Of a stretch of DNA of 64,000 nt, positions 36,734-51,564 are shown piece after piece. The DNA is from Escherichia coli (lineage in GTDB: Bacteria > Pseudomonadota > Gammaproteobacteria > Enterobacterales > Enterobacteriaceae): NCBI RefSeq assembly GCF_003334785.1, contig NZ_QOWV01000008.1; one strand, given 5' to 3'. The position numbers and the translations under genes are program-made. Within the stretch, counting starts at the first letter, position 1. Each line of letters opens with the position of its first letter. The notes below the pieces were generated by a model. It was not told the DNA's origin, made no database searches, and saw only the letters and a program-made list of their open reading frames with translations.

Positions 36734-37878
36734 AAATCACCAAAATTACCACGTATCGTTTACCTCCCCGCTGGATGTTCCTGAAAATTGAAACCGATGA
36801 AGGCGTGGTCGGTTGGGGCGAGCCCGTGATCGAAGGCCGCGCCCGTACGGTGGAAGCGGCAGTTCACGAGCTGGGTGACTATTTGATTGGTCAGGATCCA
36901 TCGCGCATCAATGACTTATGGCAAGTGATGTATCGCGCCGGATTCTATCGCGGCGGTCCGATCCTGATGAGCGCCATCGCCGGGATTGACCAGGCGTTAT
37001 GGGATATCAAAGGTAAAGTGCTGAATGCGCCGGTCTGGCAACTGATGGGCGGCCTGGTTCGCGACAAAATTAAAGCCTACAGTTGGGTTGGCGGCGATCG
37101 TCCGGCGGATGTTATCGACGGCATTAAAACGCTACGCGAAATCGGCTTCGATACCTTCAAACTGAACGGTTGTGAAGAACTGGGGCTAATTGATAACTCC
37201 CGCGCGGTAGATGCGGCGGTTAACACCGTGGCACAAATTCGTGAAGCTTTTGGCAATCAGATTGAGTTTGGTCTTGATTTCCACGGTCGCGTCAGCGCGC
37301 CGATGGCGAAAGTGCTGATTAAAGAACTGGAGCCGTATCGCCCGCTGTTTATTGAGGAGCCGGTGCTGGCGGAACAAGCCGAATACTACCCGAAACTGGC
37401 GGCACAAACGCATATTCCACTGGCGGCGGGTGAACGCATGTTCTCACGCTTCGATTTTAAACGCGTGCTGGAGGCAGGTGGTATTTCGATTCTGCAACCG
37501 GATCTCTCCCACGCGGGCGGTATTACCGAATGCTACAAAATCGCCGGAATGGCAGAAGCCTATGACGTGACCCTTGCGCCGCACTGTCCGCTCGGACCGA
37601 TTGCACTGGCGGCTTGCCTGCATATCGACTTTGTTTCCTATAACGCCGTACTTCAGGAACAAAGTATGGGAATTCATTACAACAAAGGCGCGGAGTTACT
37701 CGACTTTGTGAAAAACAAAGAAGACTTCAGCATGGTCGGCGGCTTCTTTAAACCGTTAACGAAACCGGGCTTAGGCGTGGAAATCGACGAAGCTAAAGTG
37801 ATTGAGTTCAGTAAAAATGCCCCGGACTGGCGTAATCCGCTCTGGCGTCATGAAGATAACAGCGTAGCAGAGTGGTAA
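36730..37878 (+). CDS. dgoD: D-galactonate dehydratase DgoD
   Basis: 382-aa ORF, enolase superfamily. Confidence 0.97.
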
Positions 37879-37997
37879 TTCCTGCCACGTAAGCCCCTCA
37901 TCGGGCACTAAAACAGCAATACAAAAATATAACCCTCTGTAAATTACAGGGCATGGTGAGCGGCTTCGCTATGCCCAAAATCTGGAGAAAGCTCGCT

Positions 37998-39290
37998 ATG
38001 GATATTCCCGTTAATGCAGCAAAGCCGGGGCGTCGGCGTTATCTGACGCTGGTGATGATCTTTATTACGGTAGTCATTTGTTATGTCGACCGCGCCAACC
38101 TGGCCGTGGCTTCCGCCCATATTCAGGAAGAGTTCGGCATTACCAAAGCGGAAATGGGCTATGTATTTTCGGCCTTCGCCTGGCTTTATACGCTATGTCA
38201 GATCCCCGGCGGTTGGTTTTTAGATCGCGTAGGTTCTCGCGTGACTTATTTTATTGCGATATTTGGCTGGTCAGTGGCGACTTTATTCCAGGGCTTTGCC
38301 ACGGGCTTAATGTCATTAATTGGTCTGCGCGCGATAACCGGTATTTTCGAAGCGCCTGCTTTCCCGACCAATAACCGGATGGTGACCAGCTGGTTCCCGG
38401 AACATGAACGCGCTTCTGCCGTTGGTTTTTATACGTCTGGTCAGTTTGTCGGTCTGGCGTTTCTGACGCCGCTGCTGATCTGGATTCAGGAGATGTTGAG
38501 CTGGCACTGGGTGTTCATTGTCACTGGTGGTATCGGCATTATCTGGTCGCTGATTTGGTTTAAGGTTTATCAGCCGCCGCGCCTGACCAAAGGTATCAGC
38601 AAAGCTGAACTGGATTACATTCGTGATGGCGGCGGTCTGGTGGATGGTGATGCGCCGGTGAAGAAAGAGGCGCGTCAGCCGTTAACAGCCAAAGACTGGA
38701 AACTGGTGTTCCATCGTAAACTGATCGGCGTTTATCTTGGGCAATTTGCGGTGGCTTCTACACTGTGGTTTTTCTTAACCTGGTTCCCGAACTATTTAAC
38801 CCAGGAAAAAGGAATCACGGCGCTGAAAGCAGGCTTTATGACCACGGTGCCATTCCTCGCGGCGTTTGTCGGCGTCCTGCTCTCTGGCTGGGTAGCGGAT
38901 CTGCTGGTACGTAAGGGCTTTTCACTGGGCTTTGCGCGTAAAACGCCGATTATCTGCGGCTTGCTGATCTCCACCTGCATTATGGGCGCTAACTACACTA
39001 ACGATCCGATGATGATTATGTGCCTGATGGCGCTGGCATTCTTCGGTAACGGTTTTGCTTCGATTACCTGGTCGCTGGTTTCTTCTCTGGCACCGATGCG
39101 CCTGATTGGTTTAACCGGCGGCGTGTTTAACTTCGCCGGTGGTCTGGGCGGCATCACCGTTCCGCTGGTGGTGGGGTACCTGGCGCAGGGTTACGGTTTC
39201 GCACCTGCACTGGTTTATATCTCCGCCGTCGCGTTGATTGGCGCGCTCTCTTATATCCTGCTGGTGGGCGATGTGAAGCGCGTTGGCTAA
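37998..39290 (+). CDS. dgoT: D-galactonate:H+ symporter DgoT (MFS)
   Basis: 430 aa from [16 protein letters not shown]. Confidence 0.95.
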
Positions 39291-40351
39291 TCCTTCAACT
39301 GTGGAATATGTGCCACACCACTGCGCATAATCCACTTTCTTAAAGCCGGTGCGGTCAGGCATCGGCTTTTTACTATCTTGCCGAAGAGTTTTAAACGCAG
39401 TTTGCGGGTGGCGCGCCAGTAAGCGGTATTGAGCTTCTCTGGCTGCTTCAGTAACACCGAACGCAGAATGTCTGTGCTATCCAGCGCATAGCTAATCCCC
39501 TCCAGCGAGCTGGCGCTGATAAATCCCGCCGCTTCACCAATCAGAAAGGCGTTGTCCTTACCGCAGACAAAATCCTGCCAGCGCGAGGGAAACAGCACCG
39601 TGCATTTTTCGCTTTTCACCGTCTTACCAAACTGGAACTGAAAGGCGCTCATTTTCTCTTTCAGCGTCGTGAAACGCGTCTGACCGTCTTTCATTGGATA
39701 GGCACCGCCAAAGATAAAATAACCGTCTTTGCTGATACTCCATGAATAACAGTTAGTTATCGAATTATCAAAGATGCAGGAGTAGAACGGCACCGGATGT
39801 TTCTCCGCGAACCACTGCTGGATAGCGACATATTTACGGATTTGATGATCCGGGTAGAGATGTCGCCGCACCATCGAGTTTGCGCCATCGGCACCGACCA
39901 GATAGCGGGCGGTAATATGTTGCTCCCAGCCGTCTGCACGAAAAATGACATGCCATTTATCATCCTCACGCCAGATTTTTCGGCACAGGCTGTCGTGATA
40001 AACCTCAACGCTGGCGGGGATCAGCGATTTCATCCACAAGTCGAAAGCATGGCGATTAATATTGATATAGCTTCGCTGGTAGTTACGCGTGAGCGATGCG
40101 GCGACGTCGACGGTTTTGACGCTGAAAATCTGCGGATTAGCGATCACATCGACAGGAAGCGTCAGCCCATCGCGAATAAAAGATCGCTGCGCGTCCGGTG
40201 CCAGCAGACCGCCGCAGGGTTTGCTGAAACCTTCAGTACCACACTGGTGCTTTTTATCCAGCGCGATCACCTGCATTTTGCCTGCTAACTTTCGTGCCAA
40301 CGCCGATCCTGCCGGGCCGAGGCCAATAATCGCCACGTCGAAATGTTCCAT
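39287..40351 (-). CDS. cbrA: FAD-binding protein CbrA (YidS)
   Basis: 354 aa from [19 protein letters not shown] (Rossmann GxGxxG). Confidence 0.9.
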
Positions 40352-40418
40352 CTTTTCACTCACATTCATCACGATGGCAAAAGACTATTGTCTGAAAGTG
40401 AAGTCCTTGTGAAGTATG

Positions 40419-41666
40419 ATGGCGGGACCCGTTTTGTATCAGGACCGCGCCATGAAACAGATAACCTTTGCTCCCCGTAATCACCTGCTCACCAATACCA
40501 ATACCTGGACGCCCGACAGCCAGTGGCTGGTATTTGACGTGCGTCCTTCTGGCGCGTCGTTTACCGGCGAGACCATTGAGCGTGTGAATATCCATACCGG
40601 CGAGGTCGAGGTTATCTATCGCGCGTCACAGGGCGCACACGTCGGCGTGGTGACCGTTCATCCGAAGTCAGAGAAATATGTTTTCATCCACGGCCCGGAA
40701 AATCCTGATGAAACATGGCATTACGACTTCCATCATCGGCGCGGAGTGATTGTTGAAGGCGGCAAGATGAGTAACCTTGATGCGATGGATATTACCGCGC
40801 CGTATACGCCAGGAGTGCTGCGCGGCGGCAGCCATGTGCATGTCTTTAGCCCGAACGGTGAAAGGGTGAGCTTTACCTATAACGACCATGTAATGCATGA
40901 ACTCGATCCGGCGCTGGATTTGCGAAACGTCGGTGTTGCTGCGCCGTTTGGCCCGGTCAACGTACAAAAGCAGCATCCGCGTGAATACAGCGGTAGCCAC
41001 TGGTGCGTGCTGGTGAGCAAAACCACGCCCACGCCACAGCCTGGCAGTGATGAAATCAATCGTGCTTATGAAGAAGGATGGGTAGGAAATCACGCGCTGG
41101 CATTTATTGGCGACACACTTTCGCCAAAGGGCGAGAAAGTGCCGGAGCTGTTTATCGTTGAGTTACCGCAAGATGAAGCTGGCTGGAAAGCGGCAGGTGA
41201 TGCGCCGTTAAGCGGAACGGAAACAACCCTGCCCGCGCCACCGCGTGGCGTCGTGCAGCGACGTTTAACCTTTACCCACCATCGGGCTTATCCGGGGTTA
41301 GTCAACGTCCCGCGCCACTGGGTGCGCTGTAATCCGCAGGGTACACAAATCGCGTTTTTAATGCGAGATGATAACGGCATTGTGCAACTGTGGCTTATCT
41401 CGCCACAGGGCGGCGAGCCGCGCCAGTTAACCCATAACAAAACGGATATTCAGTCTGCATTTAACTGGCATCCGTCAGGAGAATGGTTGGGCTTTGTGCT
41501 GGATAATCGAATTGCTTGTGCCCATGCGCAAAGCGGCGAGGTTGAGTATTTAACCGAACACCACGCCAATTCACCTTCTGCGGACGCCGTGGTCTTCTCG
41601 CCGGATGGTCAGTGGCTGGCGTGGATGGAAGGCGGCCAGCTGTGGATCACCGAAACTGATCGCTAA
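40419..41666 (+). CDS. yidR: Uncharacterized protein YidR
   Basis: about 415-aa ORF; exact start uncertain (40416/40419 or 40452). Confidence 0.85.
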   Translation: MAGPVLYQDRAMKQITFAPRNHLLTNTNTWTPDSQWLVFDVRPSGASFTGETIERVNIHTGEVEVIYRASQGAHVGVVTVHPKSEKYVFIHGPENPDETWHYDFHHRRGVIVEGGKMSNLDAMDITAPYTPGVLRGGSHVHVFSPNGERVSFTYNDHVMHELDPALDLRNVGVAAPFGPVNVQKQHPREYSGSHWCVLVSKTTPTPQPGSDEINRAYEEGWVGNHALAFIGDTLSPKGEKVPELFIVELPQDEAGWKAAGDAPLSGTETTLPAPPRGVVQRRLTFTHHRAYPGLVNVPRHWVRCNPQGTQIAFLMRDDNGIVQLWLISPQGGEPRQLTHNKTDIQSAFNWHPSGEWLGFVLDNRIACAHAQSGEVEYLTEHHANSPSADAVVFSPDGQWLAWMEGGQLWITETDR

Positions 41667-41667
41667 A

Positions 41668-42000
41668 TCAGTTATCAGGCATTCTGGCCGGTGGAATAAC
41701 CGCATTGGTGGCTTGCGCGTTGGCTTCGCTTTTTTCAACGCGCGAGCGCACCGAGCTGTCTTTGCGGAACACATCCCACGGCAGTAAAAGCGTGTCCATC
41801 ACAGCGGTAAACGGCATATCGAGAATCGCCAGCGACTTAGTGCCCCAGTTGGTTTCATCGTCGCCAATCATGGTTGCGCTGGCGCGGGTGCCGGGATACG
41901 TTCCTTCTTTCCCTCCGGTATGGGACATCACGCTGGAGCATCCTCCGAGTAATGTCATTCCGCTGCATATCATGAACGCTAACAACACATTTCTTATCAT
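41668..42000 (-). CDS. yidQ: Putative lipoprotein YidQ
   Basis: 110 aa from MIRNVLLAFMICSGMTLLGGC (lipobox). Confidence 0.85.
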   Translation of the reverse strand: MIRNVLLAFMICSGMTLLGGCSSVMSHTGGKEGTYPGTRASATMIGDDETNWGTKSLAILDMPFTAVMDTLLLPWDVFRKDSSVRSRVEKSEANAQATNAVIPPARMPDN

Positions 42001-42174
42001 AATAAATTCATCTGTTGATCGTGGGTGTTGGCCTGATGAGTTATAGCGATCCCTTGCTGAAAATAACATCATCATTACGTCGCACTGTGGCGGCTATCGC
42101 ACTTTAACGTTTCGTGCTGCCCCCTCAGTCTATGCAATAGACCATAAACTGCAAAAAAAAGTCCGCTGATAAGG

Positions 42175-42203
42175 CTTGAAAAGTTCATTTCCAGACCCAT
42201 TTT
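42175..42203 (+). promoter_or_regulatory. Sigma32 heat-shock promoter of ibpAB
   Basis: cTTGAAA - 14 nt - CCCATtTt matches the sigma32 consensus. Confidence 0.65.
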
Positions 42204-42305
42204 TACATCGTAGCCGATGAGGACGCGCCTGATGGGTGTTCTGGCTACCTGACCTGTCCATTGTGGAAGGTCTTACATTCTCGCTGATTTCAGGAGCTAT
42301 TGATT

Positions 42306-42719
42306 ATGCGTAACTTTGATTTATCCCCGCTTTACCGTTCTGCTATTGGATTTGACCGTTTGTTTAACCACTTAGAAAACAACCAGAGCCAGAGTAATGG
42401 CGGCTACCCTCCGTATAACGTTGAACTGGTAGACGAAAACCATTACCGCATTGCTATCGCTGTGGCTGGTTTTGCTGAGAGCGAACTGGAAATTACCGCC
42501 CAGGATAATCTGCTGGTGGTGAAAGGTGCTCACGCCGACGAACAAAAAGAGCGCACCTATCTGTACCAGGGCATCGCTGAACGCAACTTTGAACGCAAAT
42601 TCCAGTTAGCTGAGAACATTCATGTTCGTGGTGCTAACCTGGTAAATGGTTTGCTGTATATCGATCTCGAACGCGTGATTCCGGAAGCGAAAAAACCGCG
42701 CCGTATCGAAATCAACTAA
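42306..42719 (+). CDS. ibpA: Small heat shock protein IbpA
   Basis: 137 aa from [17 protein letters not shown]. Confidence 0.97.
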
Positions 42720-42830
42720 TTCCCTAAGGCCGCCTGGCGCGGCCTGACATCTCCATGCTCGCCGTCAGGGAGCATATGCGAATCTTCGGATTTGCAGGTA
42801 CTTACTCGCTTCTTAGAAGGAGAAATGACT

Positions 42831-43259
42831 ATGCGTAACTTCGATTTATCCCCACTGATGCGTCAATGGATCGGTTTTGACAAACTGGCCAACGCACTGC
42901 AAAACGCCGGTGAAAGCCAGAGCTTCCCGCCGTACAACATTGAGAAAAGCGACGATAACCACTACCGCATTACCCTTGCGCTGGCAGGTTTCCGTCAGGA
43001 AGATTTAGAGATTCAACTGGAAGGTACGCGCCTGAGCGTAAAAGGCACGCCGGAGCAGCCAAAAGAAGAGAAAAAATGGCTGCATCAAGGGCTTATGAAT
43101 CAGCCATTTAGCCTGAGCTTTACGCTGGCTGAAAATATGGAAGTCTCTGGCGCAACCTTCGTAAACGGTTTACTGCATATTGATTTAATTCGTAATGAGC
43201 CTGAACCCATCGCAGCGCAGCGTATCGCTATCAGCGAACGTCCCGCGTTAAATAGCTAA
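42831..43259 (+). CDS. ibpB: Small heat shock protein IbpB
   Basis: 142 aa from [17 protein letters not shown]. Confidence 0.97.
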
Positions 43260-43274
43260 CTAGCTATTCTCTTT

Positions 43275-43302
43275 GCCCCGCCATTCTGGTGGGGCTTTTT
43301 TT
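43275..43302 (+). terminator. Intrinsic terminator after ibpB
   Basis: gccccgccattctggtggggc followed by T7 run. Confidence 0.7.
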
Positions 43303-43454
43303 GTCTTACTTACTCAACAATGCGTTAAATTTCGACTGTTTAAGATATTTCGGCACGTTCTTTCCCGTGATAATGTGCGCTATAAGGCAAATCTGCTTCA
43401 CCGATTCAGCCATAATCCGTAGCAATTAAAATGTTATCTCAAGAGAAATGGACG

Positions 43455-45116
43455 ATGAGTGATATAGCATTAACGGTCAGTATTCTGGCTTTGGTGGCAG
43501 TCGTCGGTTTGTTTATCGGCAACGTCAAATTTCGCGGCATAGGATTAGGTATTGGCGGCGTGCTGTTTGGTGGGATCATCGTCGGCCATTTTGTTTCTCA
43601 GGCGGGGATGACATTAAGTAGCGATATGCTGCATGTTATTCAGGAATTTGGCCTGATCCTGTTCGTTTATACTATCGGGATTCAGGTAGGGCCGGGCTTC
43701 TTTGCCTCATTGCGCGTCTCCGGATTACGCCTCAACCTGTTTGCTGTTCTGATCGTCATCATCGGTGGTCTGGTTACCGCCATCCTGCATAAACTGTTTG
43801 ATATTCCACTGCCGGTAGTGCTGGGGATTTTCTCCGGTGCGGTTACCAATACGCCAGCGCTGGGGGCAGGGCAGCAGATTTTGCGCGACCTGGGTACACC
43901 AATGGAAATGGTCGATCAGATGGGGATGAGTTACGCGATGGCGTATCCATTCGGCATTTGCGGGATTTTGTTCACCATGTGGATGTTGCGGGTTATTTTC
44001 CGCGTCAATGTCGAGACAGAAGCTCAGCAGCACGAGTCTTCACGCACCAATGGCGGCGCGCTGATCAAGACTATCAATATTCGCGTTGAGAACCCTAACC
44101 TGCATGATTTAGCCATTAAAGATGTACCGATTCTCAACGGCGACAAAATTATCTGCTCGCGTCTGAAACGCGAAGAAACCCTAAAAGTTCCTTCGCCAGA
44201 TACCATTATCCAACTGGGCGATTTGCTGCATCTGGTGGGTCAGCCAGCGGATTTACATAATGCGCAACTGGTGATTGGTCAGGAGGTCGATACTTCGCTG
44301 TCCACGAAAGGCACTGATTTGCGCGTCGAGCGTGTGGTGGTCACCAATGAAAACGTGCTCGGAAAACGTATTCGCGACCTGCACTTTAAAGAACGCTATG
44401 ACGTTGTTATCTCGCGCCTGAACCGTGCCGGGGTCGAACTGGTCGCCAGTGGCGATATCAGCCTGCAGTTCGGCGATATCCTCAATCTGGTGGGGCGTCC
44501 GTCCGCAATTGATGCCGTTGCCAATGTGCTGGGGAATGCGCAGCAAAAACTGCAACAGGTTCAGATGCTGCCAGTGTTTATTGGCATCGGGCTAGGCGTA
44601 TTGTTAGGTTCTATTCCCGTCTTTGTGCCAGGATTCCCGGCCGCGTTGAAACTGGGGCTGGCGGGCGGACCGCTGATTATGGCGTTGATCCTCGGGCGTA
44701 TCGGCAGTATCGGCAAGCTGTACTGGTTTATGCCGCCAAGCGCCAACCTCGCGCTGCGGGAGCTGGGGATCGTGCTGTTCCTCTCGGTCGTTGGTCTGAA
44801 ATCTGGTGGGGATTTTGTGAATACCCTGGTCAATGGCGAAGGGCTAAGCTGGATTGGTTATGGTGCCCTGATCACCGCCGTTCCGCTGATTACTGTTGGC
44901 ATTCTGGCGCGGATGTTAGCCAAAATGAATTACCTGACCATGTGCGGGATGCTGGCAGGTTCCATGACCGATCCTCCGGCGCTGGCGTTTGCTAATAATC
45001 TTCATCCAACCAGCGGTGCGGCGGCGCTCTCTTACGCCACTGTCTATCCGTTGGTAATGTTCCTGCGCATTATCACCCCCCAATTACTGGCGGTGCTCTT
45101 CTGGAGTATCGGTTAA
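43455..45116 (+). CDS. yidE: Putative transport protein YidE
   Basis: 553 aa from [22 protein letters not shown]. Confidence 0.95.
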
Positions 45117-45829
45117 CTCTTTTCCGGGTGGAGTCGCCGTAAATGGTACTCCACCTGGTATTCGCTGGCATTTCTGAACATCACTGAATAATTCAAAAAC
45201 TCCCCGCTCTCGCTATATGACAACGAGGTGATCCGCAGCAGTGGCGTGTGTTCCGCTACCTTCATTTGCCGCGCCAGCAGTCTATCGGCGAGCACTGGCG
45301 TCAGGCTTTCATAATTACCGCCAATCAAAATCCCGCACTCTTGTTCAATATATTCAAACTTCGACCCTTCCAGATGTTGCAGCGAAAGATTACGGAACAG
45401 TTTTACCGGCATATAGCTGTCTTCCAGCATCAGCGGTTTCCCTTCCACAAAACGAACGCGACGGGAGAAGTAGATCTGCTCGTTGATTTGAATCCGTAAC
45501 TGGCTGGCAATGGCCGGAGGCGCAGGCATGATTTCAAAAATCAGCACCTGGCTGGTGACCGTTTTTCCCTGCCGTTTTAACACCTCCACCAGCCCGGTCA
45601 GACTGGCGGTTTGATGCAGTACATCTTTGCGCACCAGGTAAGTGCCACTACCGTGGCGGCGGACCACCAGCCCCCACGCTACCAGCAGGTCAATGGCTTT
45701 ACGGATGGTCATCCGCGATACCGCAAACTCTTCCGCCAGCTTTTTTTCACCGGGAAGAAGGCTGTTTAGCGTGAAATCTGCGGAGTTAAGTCGAATTCTT
45801 AACCGCTCCGCAATGCTTTTGTAGATCAT
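45113..45829 (-). CDS. yidP: GntR-family transcriptional regulator YidP
   Basis: 238 aa from [14 protein letters not shown]; the ORF track extends 53 codons upstream. Confidence 0.9.
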
Positions 45830-46124
45830 CTCTAGATCTCTTTTTTGCCTGCAAGCCCGGGTAATGCGCACACAAGTTCTGCTTAATCGATTGAAAAAAC
45901 ATCTTTTTTTTAAAGATGTGTTCGATGCTGTGTACCTGTGCTCACAGAGGTCTACTTTTTCGCGAAAACGTAGATCTCTACCGCCCAACGAAAAGCATGA
46001 AAGCGATCACGAATCCCATTGGGTCGTCATGTTCTGCCGATCGCATCTTCCTATCCTCGCTCCAGGCCTGCCGCATAACCAATCAGGCTTCCTACTTACA
46101 GAATTGAGAAAAGAGGATGTGGAA

Positions 46125-49445
<3,321 letters not shown>

Positions 49446-49611
49446 TTTAATATCCCTCCGGCGAATTATGCTCACAACCTGAACTTAACAGAAAACAATC
49501 CGTTCAGGGATACGACGTTTGTATTTTAAGAATCTGACTGCCTGACCCGACGCATTTTACCTCTCCCTATATTCATGCGTCCGGGACATAAACATAAATA
49601 AGGGCTATGAG

Positions 49612-51564
49612 ATGAATTCGTTACAAATCTTGAGTTTTGTCGGTTTTACGCTGCTGGTGGCGGTGATCACCTGGTGGAAGGTCCGCAAAACAGATACCGG
49701 ATCGCAACAAGGCTATTTTCTTGCCGGACGTTCACTAAAAGCGCCGGTTATTGCCGCTTCGTTAATGCTAACCAACCTTTCCACGGAACAACTGGTCGGC
49801 CTTTCCGGGCAGGCCTACAAAAGCGGCATGTCGGTGATGGGCTGGGAAGTGACTTCAGCGGTGACGCTGATCTTCCTCGCGCTAATCTTTTTACCGCGCT
49901 ATCTGAAGCGCGGCATTGCCACCATCCCCGATTTTCTGGAGGAACGTTATGATAAAACGACGCGTATTATCATCGACTTCTGCTTCCTAATTGCCACCGG
50001 CGTCTGCTTTCTGCCGATTGTTCTCTACTCCGGCGCGTTGGCGCTCAACAGCCTGTTTCACGTCGGGGAATCGCTACAGATTTCTCACGGTGCGGCTATC
50101 TGGCTACTGGTAATTTTGCTTGGTCTGGCGGGAATTTTGTATGCGGTGATCGGCGGACTGCGCGCAATGGCAGTGGCGGACTCCATCAACGGTATTGGGC
50201 TGGTTATCGGCGGGTTGATGGTGCCGGTATTTGGCCTGATCGCGATGGGCAAGGGCAGCTTTATGCAGGGCATTGAGCAACTCACCACCGTTCACGCCGA
50301 GAAATTAAACTCAATCGGTGGCCCGACCGATCCCTTGCCGATTGGCGCGGCATTTACCGGTTTGATTCTGGTGAACACCTTTTACTGGTGTACAAATCAG
50401 GGCATCGTGCAACGCACGCTGGCGTCAAAAAGCCTGGCGGAAGGGCAAAAGGGGGCGCTGTTAACGGCGGTGCTGAAAATGCTCGACCCGCTGGTACTGG
50501 TGCTGCCAGGGTTGATTGCGTTTCATCTGTATCAGGATTTACCGAAAGCCGACATGGCCTACCCGACGCTGGTCAATAACGTTCTGCCAGTGCCAATGGT
50601 GGGTTTCTTCGGCGCGGTGTTATTTGGTGCGGTGATCAGTACCTTCAACGGCTTTCTGAATAGCGCCAGTACGTTATTCAGTATGGGTATTTACCGTCGC
50701 ATCATTAACCAGAATGCCGAGCCGCAGCAGCTGGTCACCGTCGGGCGCAAATTTGGTTTCTTTATCGCTATCGTTTCGGTGCTGGTCGCGCCGTGGATCG
50801 CCAACGCGCCGCAGGGGCTGTATAGCTGGATGAAACAGCTCAACGGCATTTACAACGTGCCGCTGGTTACCATCATCATTATGGGCTTTTTCTTCCCGCG
50901 CATCCCGGCGCTGGCGGCAAAAGTAGCGATGGGGATTGGCATAATCAGCTACATCACCATCAACTATCTGGTGAAGTTCGACTTCCATTTCCTCTATGTG
51001 CTGGCCTGTACGTTCTGCATCAACGTGGTCGTGATGCTGGTGATCGGTTTTATCAAACCGCGCGCCACGCCGTTCACCTTCAAAGATGCGTTTGCGGTGG
51101 ACATGAAACCGTGGAAAAACGTCAAGATCGCGTCAATTGGCATCCTGTTCGCGATGATTGGCGTCTATGCCGGGCTGGCTGAATTCGGCGGCTACGGTAC
51201 GCGCTGGTTAGCGATGATCAGTTATTTCATTGCCGCCGTAGTGATTGTCTACCTGATTTTTGACAGCTGGCGGCGGAAGGTATTCGCTTTAATTCCGCCT
51301 ACACCTGTTCACCGGTTTGTACGCCTGCACGGGCCGGACTATTTACCGGTATCTACGCTAACCAGTCCGGCCCGTGGACCAACAACGTCGCGCCAGGCAA
51401 AAACATCTCCACTATGGGGCGCTACTTTAAGGATGCCGGCTATCACACCTGTTACATCGGCAAATGGCATCTCGACGGTCATGACTATTTCGGCACTGGC
51501 GAGTGTCCGCCGGAGTGGGACGCTGATTACTGGTTCGATGGGGCGAACTATCTTAGCGAACTGA
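49612..51564 (+). CDS. yidK: SSS-family Na+/solute symporter YidK-like; abnormal 3' end that reads into yidJ out of frame
   Basis: Transporter-like sequence to about 51262, then 94 low-complexity codons overlapping the sulfatase gene. Confidence 0.75.
   Translation: MNSLQILSFVGFTLLVAVITWWKVRKTDTGSQQGYFLAGRSLKAPVIAASLMLTNLSTEQLVGLSGQAYKSGMSVMGWEVTSAVTLIFLALIFLPRYLKRGIATIPDFLEERYDKTTRIIIDFCFLIATGVCFLPIVLYSGALALNSLFHVGESLQISHGAAIWLLVILLGLAGILYAVIGGLRAMAVADSINGIGLVIGGLMVPVFGLIAMGKGSFMQGIEQLTTVHAEKLNSIGGPTDPLPIGAAFTGLILVNTFYWCTNQGIVQRTLASKSLAEGQKGALLTAVLKMLDPLVLVLPGLIAFHLYQDLPKADMAYPTLVNNVLPVPMVGFFGAVLFGAVISTFNGFLNSASTLFSMGIYRRIINQNAEPQQLVTVGRKFGFFIAIVSVLVAPWIANAPQGLYSWMKQLNGIYNVPLVTIIIMGFFFPRIPALAAKVAMGIGIISYITINYLVKFDFHFLYVLACTFCINVVVMLVIGFIKPRATPFTFKDAFAVDMKPWKNVKIASIGILFAMIGVYAGLAEFGGYGTRWLAMISYFIAAVVIVYLIFDSWRRKVFALIPPTPVHRFVRLHGPDYLPVSTLTSPARGPTTSRQAKTSPLWGATLRMPAITPVTSANGISTVMTISALASVRRSGTLITGSMGRTILAN

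Noticed and set aside
42720-42830. Possible sigma54 promoter upstream of ibpB
   Set aside because: The GG/GC spacing in cggatttgcagg does not fit the TGGCAC-N5-TTGCA consensus.
45864-46124. 87-codon N-terminal extension of the glvC ORF (start at 45864)
   Set aside because: The extension crosses the divergent yidP promoter region and has no transporter-like sequence; the ATG at 46125 has a strong SD and aligns with the N-terminus of homologous EIIC proteins.
51264-51564. C-terminal 94 codons of the 650-aa yidK ORF as a genuine protein tail
   Set aside because: This stretch is the sulfatase gene read out of frame (low-complexity Pro/Ser/Thr-rich); interpreted as a consequence of the junction lesion.
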